Assembly: GCA_951406725.2 (NCBI GenBank)
Contig: OX597842.1
Location: forward strand, 3,162,001 to 3,226,000
From: Octopus vulgaris
Lineage: Eukaryota
Length of the DNA stretch: 64,000 nt
Direction of reading: 5' to 3'
The translations under genes were made by a program, and so were the position numbers. The notes beneath the pieces are model-generated. The model saw only the letters and a list, made by a program, of their open reading frames with translations, did no database searches and was not told the origin of the DNA. This document shows positions 40,027-57,068 of the stretch, in pieces (position 1 is the stretch's first letter; every line of letters starts with the position of its first letter).

Positions 40027-40686
40027 ATGTATGTATGTATGTATGTATGTATAGTGGAGGCGTGTGGCTAAGATTGTGGTTTCGATTCCTGAACCGGGTG
40101 ATGGATGATGTTCTTGAGGAAAATACTTCATTTCACGTTGCCAGTAAAATTGAATATTCCTGCAATGGACCGGCGTACGTCCAGGAGAGGGTGAGTGCAT
40201 ACGCCACGAAACCCGGGAAACCGGCCCTTTGCGTCTATATGACTCAGGAAGAATCTTTACACTTTTTATGCATGTGTGTATGTGGAGATGTGGAGATGTG
40301 TTTCTCCACCACCACCGCTTGACAACCGGTGTTAGCGAGGTTAAGTCTCCTTAACATACCAATCCGGCAAATGAGACCAATAGAATAAGCTTAAAAAGAT
40401 ATAAGTACTAAAAACGATATTTTCCTTTAAAACCCTTCATGGTGTTACCCCAGAATAGCTGCAGTGAAAAGGCAGCAACAAGTAAACAAAAAAAGTAATT
40501 TCATCGCAAGCTATTAAGATAGCATGCATTCTTAATTCTGGTAAAAGCATCACCATACTTTTTATCCGCAGAATAAATACATCGTTAAACATTTAAGATT
40601 TTATTCTCTGAGAAAATATATCATACTTCATTAACAATGAAAAAGATATTTGAAGACAAAAAGTTTTTCGTATCAAATCTCCTCGG

Positions 40687-40718
<32 letters not shown>

Positions 40719-41163
40719 TAGTGTTAGTTTTAAAATTAAAATTAAACAAGAAGCAGCGAAAAGAAGGAACGCTTTTAAATTGGAAAAAGGAAGGAATATT
40801 CTGAAAGAAGAGCGATGAGAGATGTTTCGCGAATCATCCCTCCCACCGCACTGAGTAAGTATACGTGTGAGTGTGTGTGTGTGTGTGTGTATTATATACG
40901 CATATAATATAATTTCACATTTTAATATATACTGGTATATAATTCAATTACAAATATGTTTTTATCTACACACGAAAATATATACATATGATATATACAT
41001 ATGTATATATGCATATATATATATGTGTGTGTGTGTGTATATATATGATATATATACATCCATATATATATATATATATATATAATCTCCCCCCCAAAAA
41101 AACGAAAAAAAAACGCAACAAACGCAAGAACGCGAGGACGTGGTACATGCAAATATTAGTATG

Positions 41164-41219
<56 letters not shown>

Positions 41220-41474
41220 TCATTTATTTATTTCTATAGATAATATATATATGCACCCATATTCATATGCATATGTATGTATATAGTTAATCGAAATAAT
41301 GTGTGTGTCTATGTGTGTGTGTGCACGTATACACACATAAACATAAAGATACACACACACACATGTATATATATACATGTATTCTATCTCGTTCTTTCTC
41401 TACGCATATATACATGCGTGTGAGTGTTTGTTGCGTGTATGTATGAATGAGCGTGCGTAGTATATTGTACATGC

Positions 41475-41531
<57 letters not shown>

Positions 41532-42088
41532 TTGATACACACACACATATACACACACACAAACGAATCATATATTATATCCATTACATAAAACCCAGTA
41601 TTTCACAATTTTTCATATCCATTGAGGACGTGTTGAATTCTCGCTACACTGTTTCTATATTATGTTTTTTCTTTTTATAATGTGAAAACTCTCTGCGCCA
41701 CTGATATAAAACTGTGCAATTTTTATATAATTTCATTGTGGCTCCGTTTCAAGATTTCTAAAAAATTATATTCTAGATTGTAGAATGGAGTATTTTTGTC
41801 ATTCAATATCTTTGTCATTATTAATAAAATTCGACATATTATTTACACGTCGAATAAAAACTTTAATACTTAAGTGATGCATTTACTCTGCGGCTAAAAA
41901 GCATAACGGCTGCTTTACTGACGAATCTAATATCTTTTGAGTTTTAACAAGGCCGTCAATTGTCGGTACCCTGCCGGTAAAAATATTTGTTAATCATGCA
42001 CTTACCTATAGGCGTGGCTCATAGGCACAGGCGTGGCTCATCGGCGCAAATGTGGCTGTGTGGTAAGAAACTTGTTTCTCCTTACCAG

Positions 42089-42702
42089 AGCGGCGAGCTG
42101 GCAAAATCGTTAGCTCGCCAGACGGAATGCTTATAGGTATTTCGTCTGCCTTTACGTTCTGAGTTCAAATTCCGCCGAGGTCGACTTTGCATTTTATCCT
42201 TTCGGAGTCGATAAATTAAGTACCAGTTGCGTATTGGGGTAGATCTAATCGACTAGCCCCCGATTTCGGGTCTAGTACCTAGAGTAGCAAAGATTATTCC
42301 ATTAAAAAGTAAAGAAATAGGTATTTCGTTTGCCTTTACGTTCTTAGTTCAAATTCCGTCGAGGTCGACTTTACTTTTCATCCTTTTAAAAGGCAGCGCG
42401 CTGGCAGAACCGTTAGCACGCCGGGTGAAATACTTAGCGGTATTTCGTTCTGAGTTCAAATTCAGCCGAGGTCGACTTTGCCTTACATCCTTTCGGGGTC
42501 GATTAAATAAGTACCAGTTACACACTGGAGTTGGTATAATCGACTTAATCCGTTCGTCTGTCCTTGTTTGTCCTCTCTGTGTTTAGCCCCTTGTGGGTAG
42601 TAAATAAATAGGTATTTCGTCTGCCGCTACGTTCTGAGTTCAAATTCCGCCGAGGTCGACTTTGCCTTTCATCCTTTCGGAGTCGATTAAATAAGTACCA
42701 GC
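42089..42702 (+). mobile_element. SINE family B cluster/multimers
   Basis: Heads at about 42089 and 42391; repeated taggtatttcg junctions at about 42318 and 42609. Confidence 0.88.
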
Positions 42703-42800
42703 CTTAAAAATGGCAAAGCATCAGTGCTTCCATGTCATCTACCTGCTTTTCGTTAGTCTTAATTCCACCACAATATAAATTACAATGCGAGCCAAAACTT

Positions 42801-43167
42801 CGCAGGCGTGGCTGTGGTAAAATGCTTGTTTCTTAACCATATGGAGCCAGGTTCTGTCCCACAGCGATGCACCTTGGTCAGGTGTCTTCTCTACTATATC
42901 CTCCAGCTGGCAAAAACCTTGGCAGTAGATTTGGTAGACGGAAACTGAAAGAAGCCCATCGTATCCCACTCTCTTTCTATATATATATATATATATATTG
43001 TGTGTGTGTGTATGTGTGTGTGTGTTCTTGTGTTTGTGTTTGACCCCTCCCAATCACTACTTCACCACCGATTTTTATATGTTTTGTTCCCCGTAACATA
43101 GCGAGTCAGCAAAAGAGACCGATAGAATAAGTACTAAGCTTAAAAATTAAGTACAAGGGTCGATTCT
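42801..43167 (+). mobile_element. SINE family A, diverged
   Basis: tggctgtggtaa, ttggtagacggaaactgaaagaagccc, gaccgatagaataagtac. Confidence 0.8.
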
Positions 43168-43509
43168 TAACATGACGCCCATTCAAATTTATTTTTAAAA
43201 ATTCGACAGAAATGTAAATAAACGCTAACATAAATGGTACTGGCCATAGAGACCATGTCACGCAAAGCTTTTCAAAATGCCCTGCTGTTGATGTTGAAAT
43301 GCCAATGACGTAGCCTTGGATCTAGGTTAGAAACCGGTTCTTTCTCTGTTGGCAAGAAATCTTGAAATAAAACTGAATAATGACATACATACATTATGTC
43401 ATATTTTAAAAAACAGGGGATTGGAGCCACACTAAGAAGAATGGTGAAACTAACTATAATAGTGTATAGAACAATAATAAACCATAAATGAGTTAAAATA
43501 GCGAATGCA

Positions 43510-43550
<41 letters not shown>

Positions 43551-43618
43551 TGATGATGATGATAATAATAATAATAATAATAATGATAATAATAATAATA
43601 GTAATAATAATAATAATG

Positions 43619-43674
<56 letters not shown>

Positions 43675-43685
43675 AATTATTATTA

Positions 43686-43788
<103 letters not shown>

Positions 43789-43926
43789 CATTATTATTAT
43801 TATTTCAAATTTTCGCCGCAAGGGCAGCTTGGGGCAAATGGGGATGAGTCGATTACATTGACTCAGTGTTCAATTGGTACTTATTTCTATCGACCCCGAA
43901 AGGATGAAAGGCAAAGCCGAGCCTTT

Positions 43927-43985
<59 letters not shown>

Positions 43986-43986
43986 C

Positions 43987-44039
<53 letters not shown>

Positions 44040-44528
44040 TAATAATAATAATAACAATAATAATAATAATAATAATAATAATAATTGAAATCCCAAAGAA
44101 AGGGAAATAAGCTGTAGGGGGAGGAGATTGGTGGGAACGGCATTTGGTGAATTCGGGCTTTGGGCACCACAGAATAAAAGACTCTAAGAGTATCCTGTTC
44201 ATTCCAATTCCTGCCATGGGCCCACACCCGAATACATCTCGACGACAAATGAAGGAGACAAAGACAGTCGCAACAACAACAATAGCAATAACAATAGCAA
44301 CAATAATAACAACAACAAGAACACGGTAAAGAAGGCATATTAAAAGTATAATAGAAAGCTTCAGAGAAAATTAAGAAATATTTGGAATATTTTACGGCGT
44401 TTTAGGGTTTTCGGTTTTCAGTTGACACATTTAAAAAAATATATATTTTGCCCTAGTTTCATTCAAAATGAACGGCCAAGATGTGTGTGTGTGTGTGGGT
44501 GTGGGTGGGTAGGTGAGTGTGAGCGTGA

Positions 44529-44561
<33 letters not shown>

Positions 44562-44644
44562 TGTCTGTGTGAGTGTGTGTGGTTGCACAGAAATAGAGAG
44601 AGGGAGAGTGGGAAAGAGTGAGATAAAGATAGAGATACACAGAT

Positions 44645-44680
<36 letters not shown>

Positions 44681-44684
44681 GTAT

Positions 44685-44801
44685 ATCACGTGATCACGTG
44701 ACCGACCAGACCATCAGATGTTTTACACATCGCTGGTCACAATGCGTTCGCATTGTTTTAGCCTTCGAATGACGCCACCCCGCTGGTTAAGCGAGCAGTC
44801 C
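44685..44801 (-). mobile_element. SINE family C tail (CACGTG subfamily), 5'-truncated
   Basis: atcacgtgatcacgtgaccgaccagaccatcagatg. Confidence 0.85.
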
Positions 44802-44802
44802 A

Positions 44803-44877
<75 letters not shown>

Positions 44878-44878
44878 G

Positions 44879-44914
<36 letters not shown>

Positions 44915-45114
44915 ATATATATATATATGTATGTGTATATATATGTATGTATATATATTAATATATATATATATATATATTAATATATATACATACACAA
45001 ATACACGTATATTTATATATGTAGAAGTATTATATGTGTATATGTATGTATGTACACATGCACGCACACACAAACGTATATGTATGTATATATATGTATA
45101 TAAATATATGTATG

Positions 45115-45154
<40 letters not shown>

Positions 45155-45384
45155 TAGATAGATAGATAGATAGACAGACAGATAGATGGATATGCATATA
45201 CATATCAAACGCATATCTCTATGTCAGTATTTATCTAAATATCTATATATATTAGTATATGCATATGTACACATAAATGTACGTCTTTATTTGTATATAT
45301 ACATTTACACACACACACACACACATATGGATATTTAGCTATATATATATATATATATATATACAAATGTATATATATATATGA

Positions 45385-45475
<91 letters not shown>

Positions 45476-45784
45476 CATACATACATATGTATATATATGT
45501 ATATTTATGAATATATGTATGTGTATATATCTATATCTGGATGAATGGACAGATATAGAGAGAGTGAGGCGCATAGATTGATGCAATCATCAGAGCGTCG
45601 CACAAATATCGCCCCAGCAGTAATTGCTCTGCTTCTTTATGTTCAGAGTTCAAATCCCGCCGGAGTGAACTTTCCCATCAATCCTCCGGGGGTCAATAAC
45701 AAAATAATTAGTAGTCAAGTACTCTGATCAATACTTCTCTGTCTTCCTGCCTTCCTGTCCGTCCGTCCTTCTGTCCGTCTGTCC

Positions 45785-45873
<89 letters not shown>

Positions 45874-45945
45874 CCTTCAAAAGAAAAGCTCTACCTTGTA
45901 ATTTGTTCTATCTGTGTGCAGCCCTGTGTGGCTAATAAAGAAACA

Positions 45946-46070
<125 letters not shown>

Positions 46071-46274
46071 GTCTGTCTATCACTATTTTATGAGGTGGGT
46101 GCGGAAAGTGTGGTGGCGGTGGTGTATGTGTGTATTTGGAGGGGAGAGTAATTGTACTACCTCTTCCCCTGCCCAGGGAATGGAGAGGAATTCAGAGAGA
46201 GAAGGGACAAATCACTTTGCGATTAGTATGTCAAAACAGAAGCGCGCACAAATATAAATACATACATACATACA

Positions 46275-46310
<36 letters not shown>

Positions 46311-46617
46311 CACACATACGTATAGACATATAGATATGCATACATATATATATATATATATATGTAATGTGTGTATATAAATATGTATAGATAGATAGAT
46401 ATAGATATAGATATATACATATACGTGTGTGTATGTGTGTGTGTTTGTGTGTATATATATGTATTTGTCATGTAGGAATTGGAGAGTAATGTGATAATTC
46501 GAGAGTATTTAGGAGAGCGATACATATATTAATGATAATTATCAAATCATGCAAACCTCCACATCTAATCACGTAGATACATATGCTCATATGTGAGTGT
46601 GTGGAGGGCTGTGCATT

Positions 46618-46676
<59 letters not shown>

Positions 46677-46890
46677 ATGTATGTGTATGTGTATGTATAT
46701 ATGTATGTATATATATATATGTATGTGTATGTATATGTATGTATGTGTATGTGTATAGATATAAGCATCTACACACATACATAAATACACACATACATTG
46801 ACATACGTGGATATGTGTCAGGTGTATATACGCATACACAAATATACATATATAAACACAAATGTTCATATATGTATATATGCCATGTTC

Positions 46891-46960
<70 letters not shown>

Positions 46961-46973
46961 GTATATATATATG

Positions 46974-47057
<84 letters not shown>

Positions 47058-47582
47058 AATAAAATGTGTGTATTTACGTATACATATATGTATGTATGTA
47101 TGTATTCATACATATTTCTCAATCACAAGTAAATTTGATTAGCATACCCCAAAACTGTCACAAATCGTTAAACTCAGACCATCCGCAGGATACACCGCTC
47201 AATGAGTTTCTATTAGGCTCCGAACGATACACAGAATCGCACGTACAAAAGTACGACAGTACGCGTGTGTGTGTGTATATGTGTGTGTATACATATATAT
47301 TATATGTATACATAAATACATACATACATTTAGACGTACGAACATCCACATTTATGTTTATACACGCAAACATATGTATAAGTATATTTGTAAATATATA
47401 TATATATATATATGCATCTAAAATTCGTGTGTTCACACCGTCTGAGGATTTACGCCCATTCACAGCCATATATACATCCTGTATATATTATACACGTAAT
47501 ACACATAGATAATGATTTAGACATACAGTTGTGTAAATAATGCACACACATTCACGCGCGCTCATGCACAAACACACACACA

Positions 47583-47652
<70 letters not shown>

Positions 47653-47765
47653 CGCATGTTATTATGTTTAGCTCGTTGGCAGAAATGACAATGTATGATG
47701 ACACGTAATGGACAAAATTATATTATTCCTCTTCGTGTGTGTGTGTGTGTGTATGTGTGTATATG

Positions 47766-47823
<58 letters not shown>

Positions 47824-48196
47824 TAATAGGAGAGCTAATCGCCCATCTCAGACATGTGCTTATTGTCAGAATGTATGTATGTATGTATGTATATATATAT
47901 ATAATTATATATATATATATATGTATGTATTTATATATATATAATATATAAGTTAGTATTGAGGAATATTAACCTAGGCACATTAAGACGTAGGACGCCA
48001 GAAATGGCTAGGTACGATATGTAAGGACCAGTTCCAATTCAAACCGTAGATTGGACTCTGGGGTTGGTTCTAGGTGTGAGATAAGTATAAAAGAAGAAGG
48101 ATGTAATTTATGAGTACATCAATACGATTCTATAATTCTCCCGAAACAGCTGTCGTAGATTTTAAACGGCATCTGTTCTTCTTGTGTGTGTGTGCA

Positions 48197-48956
<760 letters not shown>

Positions 48957-48971
48957 GTCTGTCTATCTATA

Positions 48972-49600
48972 GAGGACAGTGCAATCTGAGGATGTGTACT
49001 CCGAGAGTGAAAAAAAAAATCAAACATCCAGTCAACATCATGCTGTTTGGAGTGATCATCTGTGATGGCGACGCTATGCCTCAATTTATCTCCCCACTCG
49101 GCCTTAGATTAAAGACGGAGGCCTACATCAAGTGCTCGGAAGCGCTAGTGCTGCTCTGAGTCAAGAGGATGGCTGCTGGAAGACCTTATGTCTGGCAACA
49201 AGACTCTGCACCACACCACACAAGCAGGATAACCCAGTCATGGTTGTCAGACAATTTCTGCGACTACGTTACCCCTAACATCTGGCCGCCTAACTCCCCA
49301 GACTACCTTGCTTATTATATGTGGGGCGCAGTTGATCGAAAGACCGAAGATAAACTGAAGACAAGGATTATAGCAGCATTCATCAACTTAAATAAGGAGA
49401 CCGTCCAGAAGAGTTACAGGAGATTACGAAGTCGTGTGCAGGCCCTGGTTGAAGCCAATGGCGATTTTATTGAAAAAATTTAATATTTAGTATTTCAAGA
49501 TATTTTAATGTAATGTTGATAAATATATCTGTTAAAATGAGATGTCAGTTTTACTTTCATTTTTGCGTAATTTAGACGACAGTTTATTCGCCGCACTCTG
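48972..49600 (+). mobile_element. Second maT-like copy, left end lost
   Basis: KHPVNIMLFGVI..GRPYVWQQDSAPHHTS..WPPNSPD..EANGDFIE; right TIR followed by TA. Confidence 0.88.
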
Positions 49601-49740
49601 TATATATAGATATATACACGCAACCTATAGATATATACATCAATGCGTGCACATATACATATAGAATCGCACATTTATATATAGTACATACATATATACG
49701 CATATACATTTACTACATATTTTAAATACATACATACAAG

Positions 49741-49786
<46 letters not shown>

Positions 49787-49830
49787 ATACACACACACAT
49801 ACATAATGCATACATACACGTGAGTGTGTG

Positions 49831-49872
<42 letters not shown>

Positions 49873-50715
49873 TGTGTGTGTGTATGTATGTGTGGGGCTT
49901 CGTGCGTGCTCGCATGCTCGTTGAAAAACGCTGAAACTCCATTTTAAAATCGCTTCATTGTTTCCGCAGCGAGAATTAACAATTCCGCCATCTTGCCTTC
50001 TGCTACTTTTAGTGACCCCGTGGCGGGAAATATCTGAGATACACAATCTAATTCTATTTTAATGCAGTTTAGAGAATACAGTGTGATAGGGGACGAGGTC
50101 GGGCGTAGGGGGTTCCAACTACGTATTTTAAATATTCAAATGTTGTCATTGTTTGTTTTTATTTTTTGTTTGTACGTATGTATGCATGTATGTGTCCATG
50201 TATCCATGTATGTGTCGATGTATGTCCGTATGTATGTTTGTATATGCCTGTGTATGTGTCTTTGAAGGTGTGTATGAATGTGTATATATATGTGTGTATG
50301 AATTTAGTATATTTATATGTATATGTGTGTATGTTTTTATATAAAAATGTATGTACGCATGTATGTATATATTTATTTTGTGTGTATGTACATATGTATG
50401 TACTCTGTATGTTTCCAACATGTATATAAAGGAAACATGTATATACGCACGAAGATATATATTATATACGTGTTTATTATTACATATAACTATGTGTGTG
50501 TATTTGTATACGTGTATATGAAGATACATATATAGACATATATGTGTATATAAATATACGATGTGTTGTTTGTATATTTCTATATGGAAATGTGTGTATG
50601 TATTTATATAATACGAATGTAAACATGCTTTATATGTAATGCACGCAAATACGTAAATATATCCGTGTGTAGGTGTGTGTATACGGTATATACATAATAC
50701 ATACACACCTACGTT

Positions 50716-50778
<63 letters not shown>

Positions 50779-51399
50779 GTATCATGTATACGTGGATGTT
50801 TATACGTATGTATGTGTGTCTGTGTGCGTGCGTTTATATGTACATATACTTATTATACATACGTGCGTGTTTATACGTATGTGTGACTGTGTGTGTGTGT
50901 GTGTGTGTGTGTGAGTGTGTGAGTGTGTATGTGTGTGTGTGTGTGTGTGCATGTTTTCATGTAATTTCTATTGTTTGAACTTGTTTGCTGAATCTGTGTA
51001 TCTACGTGCGTGTATTTGCGTATATTTCTTGTGTAACTATGTATATTCGGGTGCCTGTGTGTATATGTATGGCTGGCAGGATGGATTTCAATATATCATT
51101 GTTCCTGTGTTTGTATGTGTGTGTAACAGAGAATGACAGACAGACAGACAGAGAAAGAGAAAGAAAGAAAAAAAGAAGGGAAGAAAGAAAGAAAGAAAGA
51201 AAGAAAAAAAGAAGGAAAGAAAGAAAGAAAGAGAGGGAGAACAGAAATGAACAACGAGAACCACTCTAGTGAACAGCAGCATGTATTTGAATAGCATAAA
51301 AGACAAAGACCATTCAACATAAATTCTTATAGTATATACATACATGCATACACACATAGATATATACATATATATATACCCACCCACACAAATATATAA

Positions 51400-51620
51400 C
51401 GGGAAGCTTTACGAAAATAAACAAAAGACGAAGGCAGGTGGAGTACAAACAAACAATTGTATTAGTATGGCGCTCAGGAATAAAAATAGAACAAGTCTTT
51501 TACATTTCGAGCCTACGCTCTTCGAGAGAAAGATACACAGAAAAAAACAAGGAGAGAAACAAGGAGAGAAAAAAATGCATGTAGGAACTAACGATTCAAC
51601 ATGGCGGTTTGATTTCGGCC
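51400..51620 (-). mobile_element. Family J repeat with variant hammerhead
   Basis: Minus: tcttt-CTCTCGA-A-GAGC(gtag)GCTC-GAAA-TGTA-aaaga. Confidence 0.6.
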
Positions 51621-51638
51621 AAATATATACACACACAC

Positions 51639-51674
<36 letters not shown>

Positions 51675-52311
51675 GCTTGCACGAGTGCATATGCAAGTGC
51701 ACCCCGCGAGTGCATATATATATATATTTATAAATATATATATGTATGTATATGTATATGTATATAATATATGTGCGTGTGTGTATGTGTATGTACACGC
51801 ATATGTAAATATACGCACACACATAAATATGATTGTGCACATACCAGTATACAGACATACGCGTACACATACTATACCAGTGTCCATGCATACAAACACA
51901 CACACTTGTATGCATACACGTGTACGGAGGCGCATATACATCTGTGCGCGTACGTCCATGTGTGCGCATATATATATACACTCACACTTATATATACGTA
52001 CATGCACTCTTATATATGTGTGTGTATGTATGGGTGTGTGTGTGCGTGCATATATATATATATATGCATGTATGTATATGTATAGGTATGTCTGTGTGCA
52101 TGTACACCTATGCGCACATAGGCACACACATATATACGTATATTCTCGTGCATCCACACAAACATGCACGTATATATGCATAGGTGTGCATACATACACA
52201 GCCCCGCGCGTGCACATCTATTCCACCGAATTTATTTTGTATACACATGTAGAAATACATACACATCAACATTTAAGTGCGTATGCACGCAAACTTATAA
52301 CCATAGATATA

Positions 52312-52645
52312 TTGTCACACCTCCCCTTCCTACTTCCTCTCCAACCACGCGACCGATTTCCTGTCCACCACACGGTCGATATCCTGTTCACCATGCGGTA
52401 TTTTCCAGTTGTTGTCGCTGAAATACCAACATCAAACTGTGATACCTCATGACATTTCACGACCAATCGCAGCCTATCTACTGGTAATAACATCTGACTT
52501 TCTACAACTGATTTCTCATTCATATTTCCAATGGCTGAGGATAACCATCTTATGCTTTGAAACTTGAAGTACCACGGAATTTGAATCAAACTGTTTTGCT
52601 CCATACATTTAACTGCCCTTCTTCCGCTTGTCCACTCACTCGTGT
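52312..52645. mobile_element. Unclassified dispersed repeat G
   Basis: Homologous to 17035-17290. Confidence 0.7.
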
Positions 52646-52686
52646 ATACATACATACATACATACATACATACATACATGCGTACG

Positions 52687-52740
<54 letters not shown>

Positions 52741-54019
52741 ATATATATATATAATATATATATATATAATATATATATATATAATATATATATAAATCCT
52801 CATGTAAACGGAAAATATCCAACTAAGAGTGTGCTATTCCGAATACCCAGAACGATGGGATACTCAACTAGTGTGTGTGTGTGTGTGTGTATGTGTGTGT
52901 GGTAAAAGGGATTGATAAATCCATACAGATATCAATAAAGCACCCAGTATTAAATGAGTTTGGTTACTTATATGCAATAATCAGATATCCATAAATGCAA
53001 TTAGAATTAACATCCAATGTAATTCCTCATGTATGACAAATACTTCCAAATAACATTTACAAGAATTTCGAAATATTCAGAGTATTACACAACAAAAATA
53101 AGAATGGAGAAAATCACATCTTTAATTGAAGATTACACCATACAATACCAACGACCGTTTCTGTTGTGTCAGTATATTTAGTTACAGTAAGAAAATATCA
53201 TTAATAGAGGAACGCATACACAAAGAGCGTTAAGAAGAGATATAATACTCTAAGAAAAGCCTGCTTAAAAATTAAATGTTGATGATAATAAAAGAATAGT
53301 AAATAAAAATAGGAATTTTTATGTCATGACTGTTATCTATGTGGTAATTACGCTAATTATTTTTAGAAAAATTATGCATATTATGTTATATTATATTATA
53401 TGATAAACAATTATGATTAAATTGAAATGTTTAAATGCTCTTCTATATTTGTGAAAACATTTCAATGTAAAATTACCTTTCTAGTTCAATAATATTAATT
53501 TAGAAGTAATTATCTAATAAATTTCTTCAAGGAGAAGGTTACATTGAAAGCCACCAGTATTGTACGACGGTGTATATAACTAATAATGGACTACTTTAAA
53601 TCATACTTACTGTTCCTATCTTTTAAACCCCAAATGCATTTACAAGCATTCGTAGAATCACGATTTCTTCTATATTAAATCAATGAGAATGACTATGAAA
53701 TTCAGAGTTCTAAATTTTTGCAGACGACCCTGTGTAATAATACTCCCGTTCCTTTGTTATTACCTTACATATAGTATATTCTTCCGTAAACACTTTTCTA
53801 AGGACAGATAATTTTGTTTTTACAATTACAGAGGCATTTATTCACTTGTATGTGATTCTCATAGTTAAAAGAATTTGTACAAACCTTCCTCTCAGAAGTA
53901 GGTGTTAAGGCCAGATTACTATCAGTACTATAAATTAATATGAAAACTTGGTGTTAACTGTATTATCAAATGATTACTTTCACTTAAATTTCAGGAAAAT
54001 TCTCCCTCTCTCTCTCACC

Positions 54020-54074
<55 letters not shown>

Positions 54075-54136
54075 CTCACAGGAATATGTATACTTATTTA
54101 TGTATATGTATGTATATACATGTATGCGTTTATGTA

Positions 54137-54441
54137 TATGCAGATCAAAAGAGAAGAATAAAAATGAATTAGCATATTTCAAATTCCCTGTTAAATTCCA
54201 CGTGTTTCATCAAACGAGAGGAGCTGCAAAGATACACATGTAGAAAAAAAACATATCGGAATTTCTATCGTAATTCTTCAAACTACTTTCGACTCTTAGT
54301 GAGAAGAATTACGGATAGAAGATCCTAAACAAGTTTTTCTACATGTCTACCTTTGTAACTCCTATCCTGTAACAAAACACGTGCAACCTGGAATTAAAAA
54401 TATGCCAAAAAATTTTTTTCTGTTATCTGATTTGATATGTA
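54137..54441. mobile_element. Fold-back MITE-like element
   Basis: acatgtagaaaaa vs tttttctacatgt; ttctatcgtaattctt vs aagaattacggatagaa; cacgtgttt vs aaacacgtg. Confidence 0.7.
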
Positions 54442-55424
54442 ATTATTTGGCAAATTGAATTCGCGTAAAAACTTTCTGTCGCTTTGTGTATCACATTTGA
54501 AATAAAACATTTATATACATGTATTTAATTACTACGAACATAGCACAGATGTGGCTCATGTGCTCACACCTTCAGTTATAAGCCCTTATATACACAACGT
54601 ACTCGCGCACAAACACACGCACACATACACACACACGCCCATATATACAGTATGTGTGTGTGTGTTGGTTGTGTGTGTATAGGCGCAGGAGTGGCTGTGT
54701 GGTAAGAAGCTTGCTTCCTGACCACATGATTCCAGGTTTTGCCGAACCGCTAAGTTATGGAGACGTAAACACACCCCTATCACATTTCCACCATATCTTC
54801 TCCCTTCTCTCTCCTCTCTCACGCTTTCCACTTTCTTTCCTCTCCCTCATTCTCCTACTCTCTCCCCCTCTTCCCCTCTCCTGCTCTCTCTCCCTCTCCT
54901 GCTCTCTCTTCCTCTCCTGCCCTCTCTCCCTCTCCCCTTCTCTCTCCCCAGCTGAGGTACTCATTTTCGTCCATTTATTCATACGCTAACCTCTCATCAC
55001 ACGGCACGAAGCCACTTCTCTCAATATTACTTGTCATGCAAGTAACTTGGTGACCTCACTGGTGCTGGTGCCACATAAAAGGCACCACCCTATACACTCT
55101 GTACAGTGGTTGGTATTTGGAAAGAGGATCCAGCTGCAGAGACAATACCAAAGAAGGCAACAGGGCTGGTCTAGTCTTCTGATTTGCCAGCTTCTCTCGA
55201 ACCGTCCAACCCATGCCAGCGTGGAAAACGGACCTTAAATGATGACAACAACGACGACTACGACGATGATGATGATAATAACGACGATGATGATGTTGAT
55301 GATAATGATAATGATGACGAAAATGACGACAACGATGATGTTGATGGTGATGATGAAAATGATGACGAATACGAAGATGATAATGATGATGATGACGACC
55401 ACGACGATAACGATGACGATGATA

Positions 55425-55455
<31 letters not shown>

Positions 55456-56664
55456 CGATGATGTTGATGATGATGACGACGACGACGATAATGATGACGA
55501 TGACAACGATGATGATGATGATGATGATTACGATATGTATGTAAGTAACGTGTACTGAAAGATAATTATTTAATTACCGCCACAAGAAAAAAGAAACTCA
55601 CGAAGGAACACACAAACTCAACCTCCTTCTCTCTCACACACACATACGCACACACATTCATACATATACACGTACACACGTACACAAACACACACATACG
55701 CACGCACACACATACACACATACATATACACACATACATACCCATACATACACATATACACGCACACAAATACATTCACACACACATGTACACACACACA
55801 TACACACAAAGACACATGCACAAATACACATACACACGCACATACACATGCAGACATACATACAAACACACATGTACAAACACACATACACATGCACACG
55901 CATATACACACACGTACACAAACATACACATGAATATACACATACACACACACATATACACACGCACACACACATATATTTGTAAATATTAGCAATTGAA
56001 GAGAAATGTAAAACGAAGCATCGCACAAACCACATATACATATTGTTCGACGCACTCATATAAAAATACACAGGAAACAGAAAATACTATCACATACATA
56101 TAAATACAAATATACAATCTACAACACGCGCTTACACACACAGACATACTCACACACACACACACAGACGCATATTCACACACACACACGCACATACACA
56201 CACACAGACATACTCACACACACACACACACGCACACACACACACACACACACACTCACACAGACATACTCACACACGCACACACACGCACATACACACA
56301 CAGGCATACTCACACACACGCACATGCACACACACAGACATACTCACACACACACACACACGCACATACACACACACAGACATACTCACACACACACACG
56401 CACATACACACACACAGACATACTCACACACACACACACACACGCACATACACACACACATGCAAAAACAGTGCAATACATACACATATATACACTTAAA
56501 CGCACAAAACAAATTTAAATATACAGTCAGCAACATACACACACACACATACACACACACAGAGGGATACTTACACATACACACTCACATTCAATCACAC
56601 ACACACGCAAATGCAAAAACAACAATCAACAATACACACACACACACACTCATACACACACACT

Positions 56665-56695
<31 letters not shown>

Positions 56696-57068
56696 ACACT
56701 CATACACACACACATACACACAGTGTATAAATAAAGTATTAAAAAACACCCCGAAAATGAAATCCATAATATAAGGTCTGAAGCGGAAAGTGTGCAAGAA
56801 GGGATAAGATTAAGGGGGATTAACAAGCAAGGGAAATGGGACGGGGCTGTGGGTGTGGGGGAGGGTGGTAGAGCAGGGATGAGAGATTCTAAAACCATCA
56901 TTATCGAGTGTTCAGGTCGCTGTGACGCAATAAAAACCTCGTTCCATGTCTAATGTTTTTACGACAATTAAAGCTACCAAACGCCACTAGGATTGGTTAT
57001 TATCATCATCATCATCATCATCATTATCATTATTATTATTATGATTATTATTATTTTTATTTTTATTA

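Noticed and set aside
53145-53180. Minus-strand CTGAC..GAAACGGTC; also 61791 CTGATGA, 32036-32080 and 43300-43340
   Set aside because: Core incomplete or stems missing; cannot be supported as ribozymes
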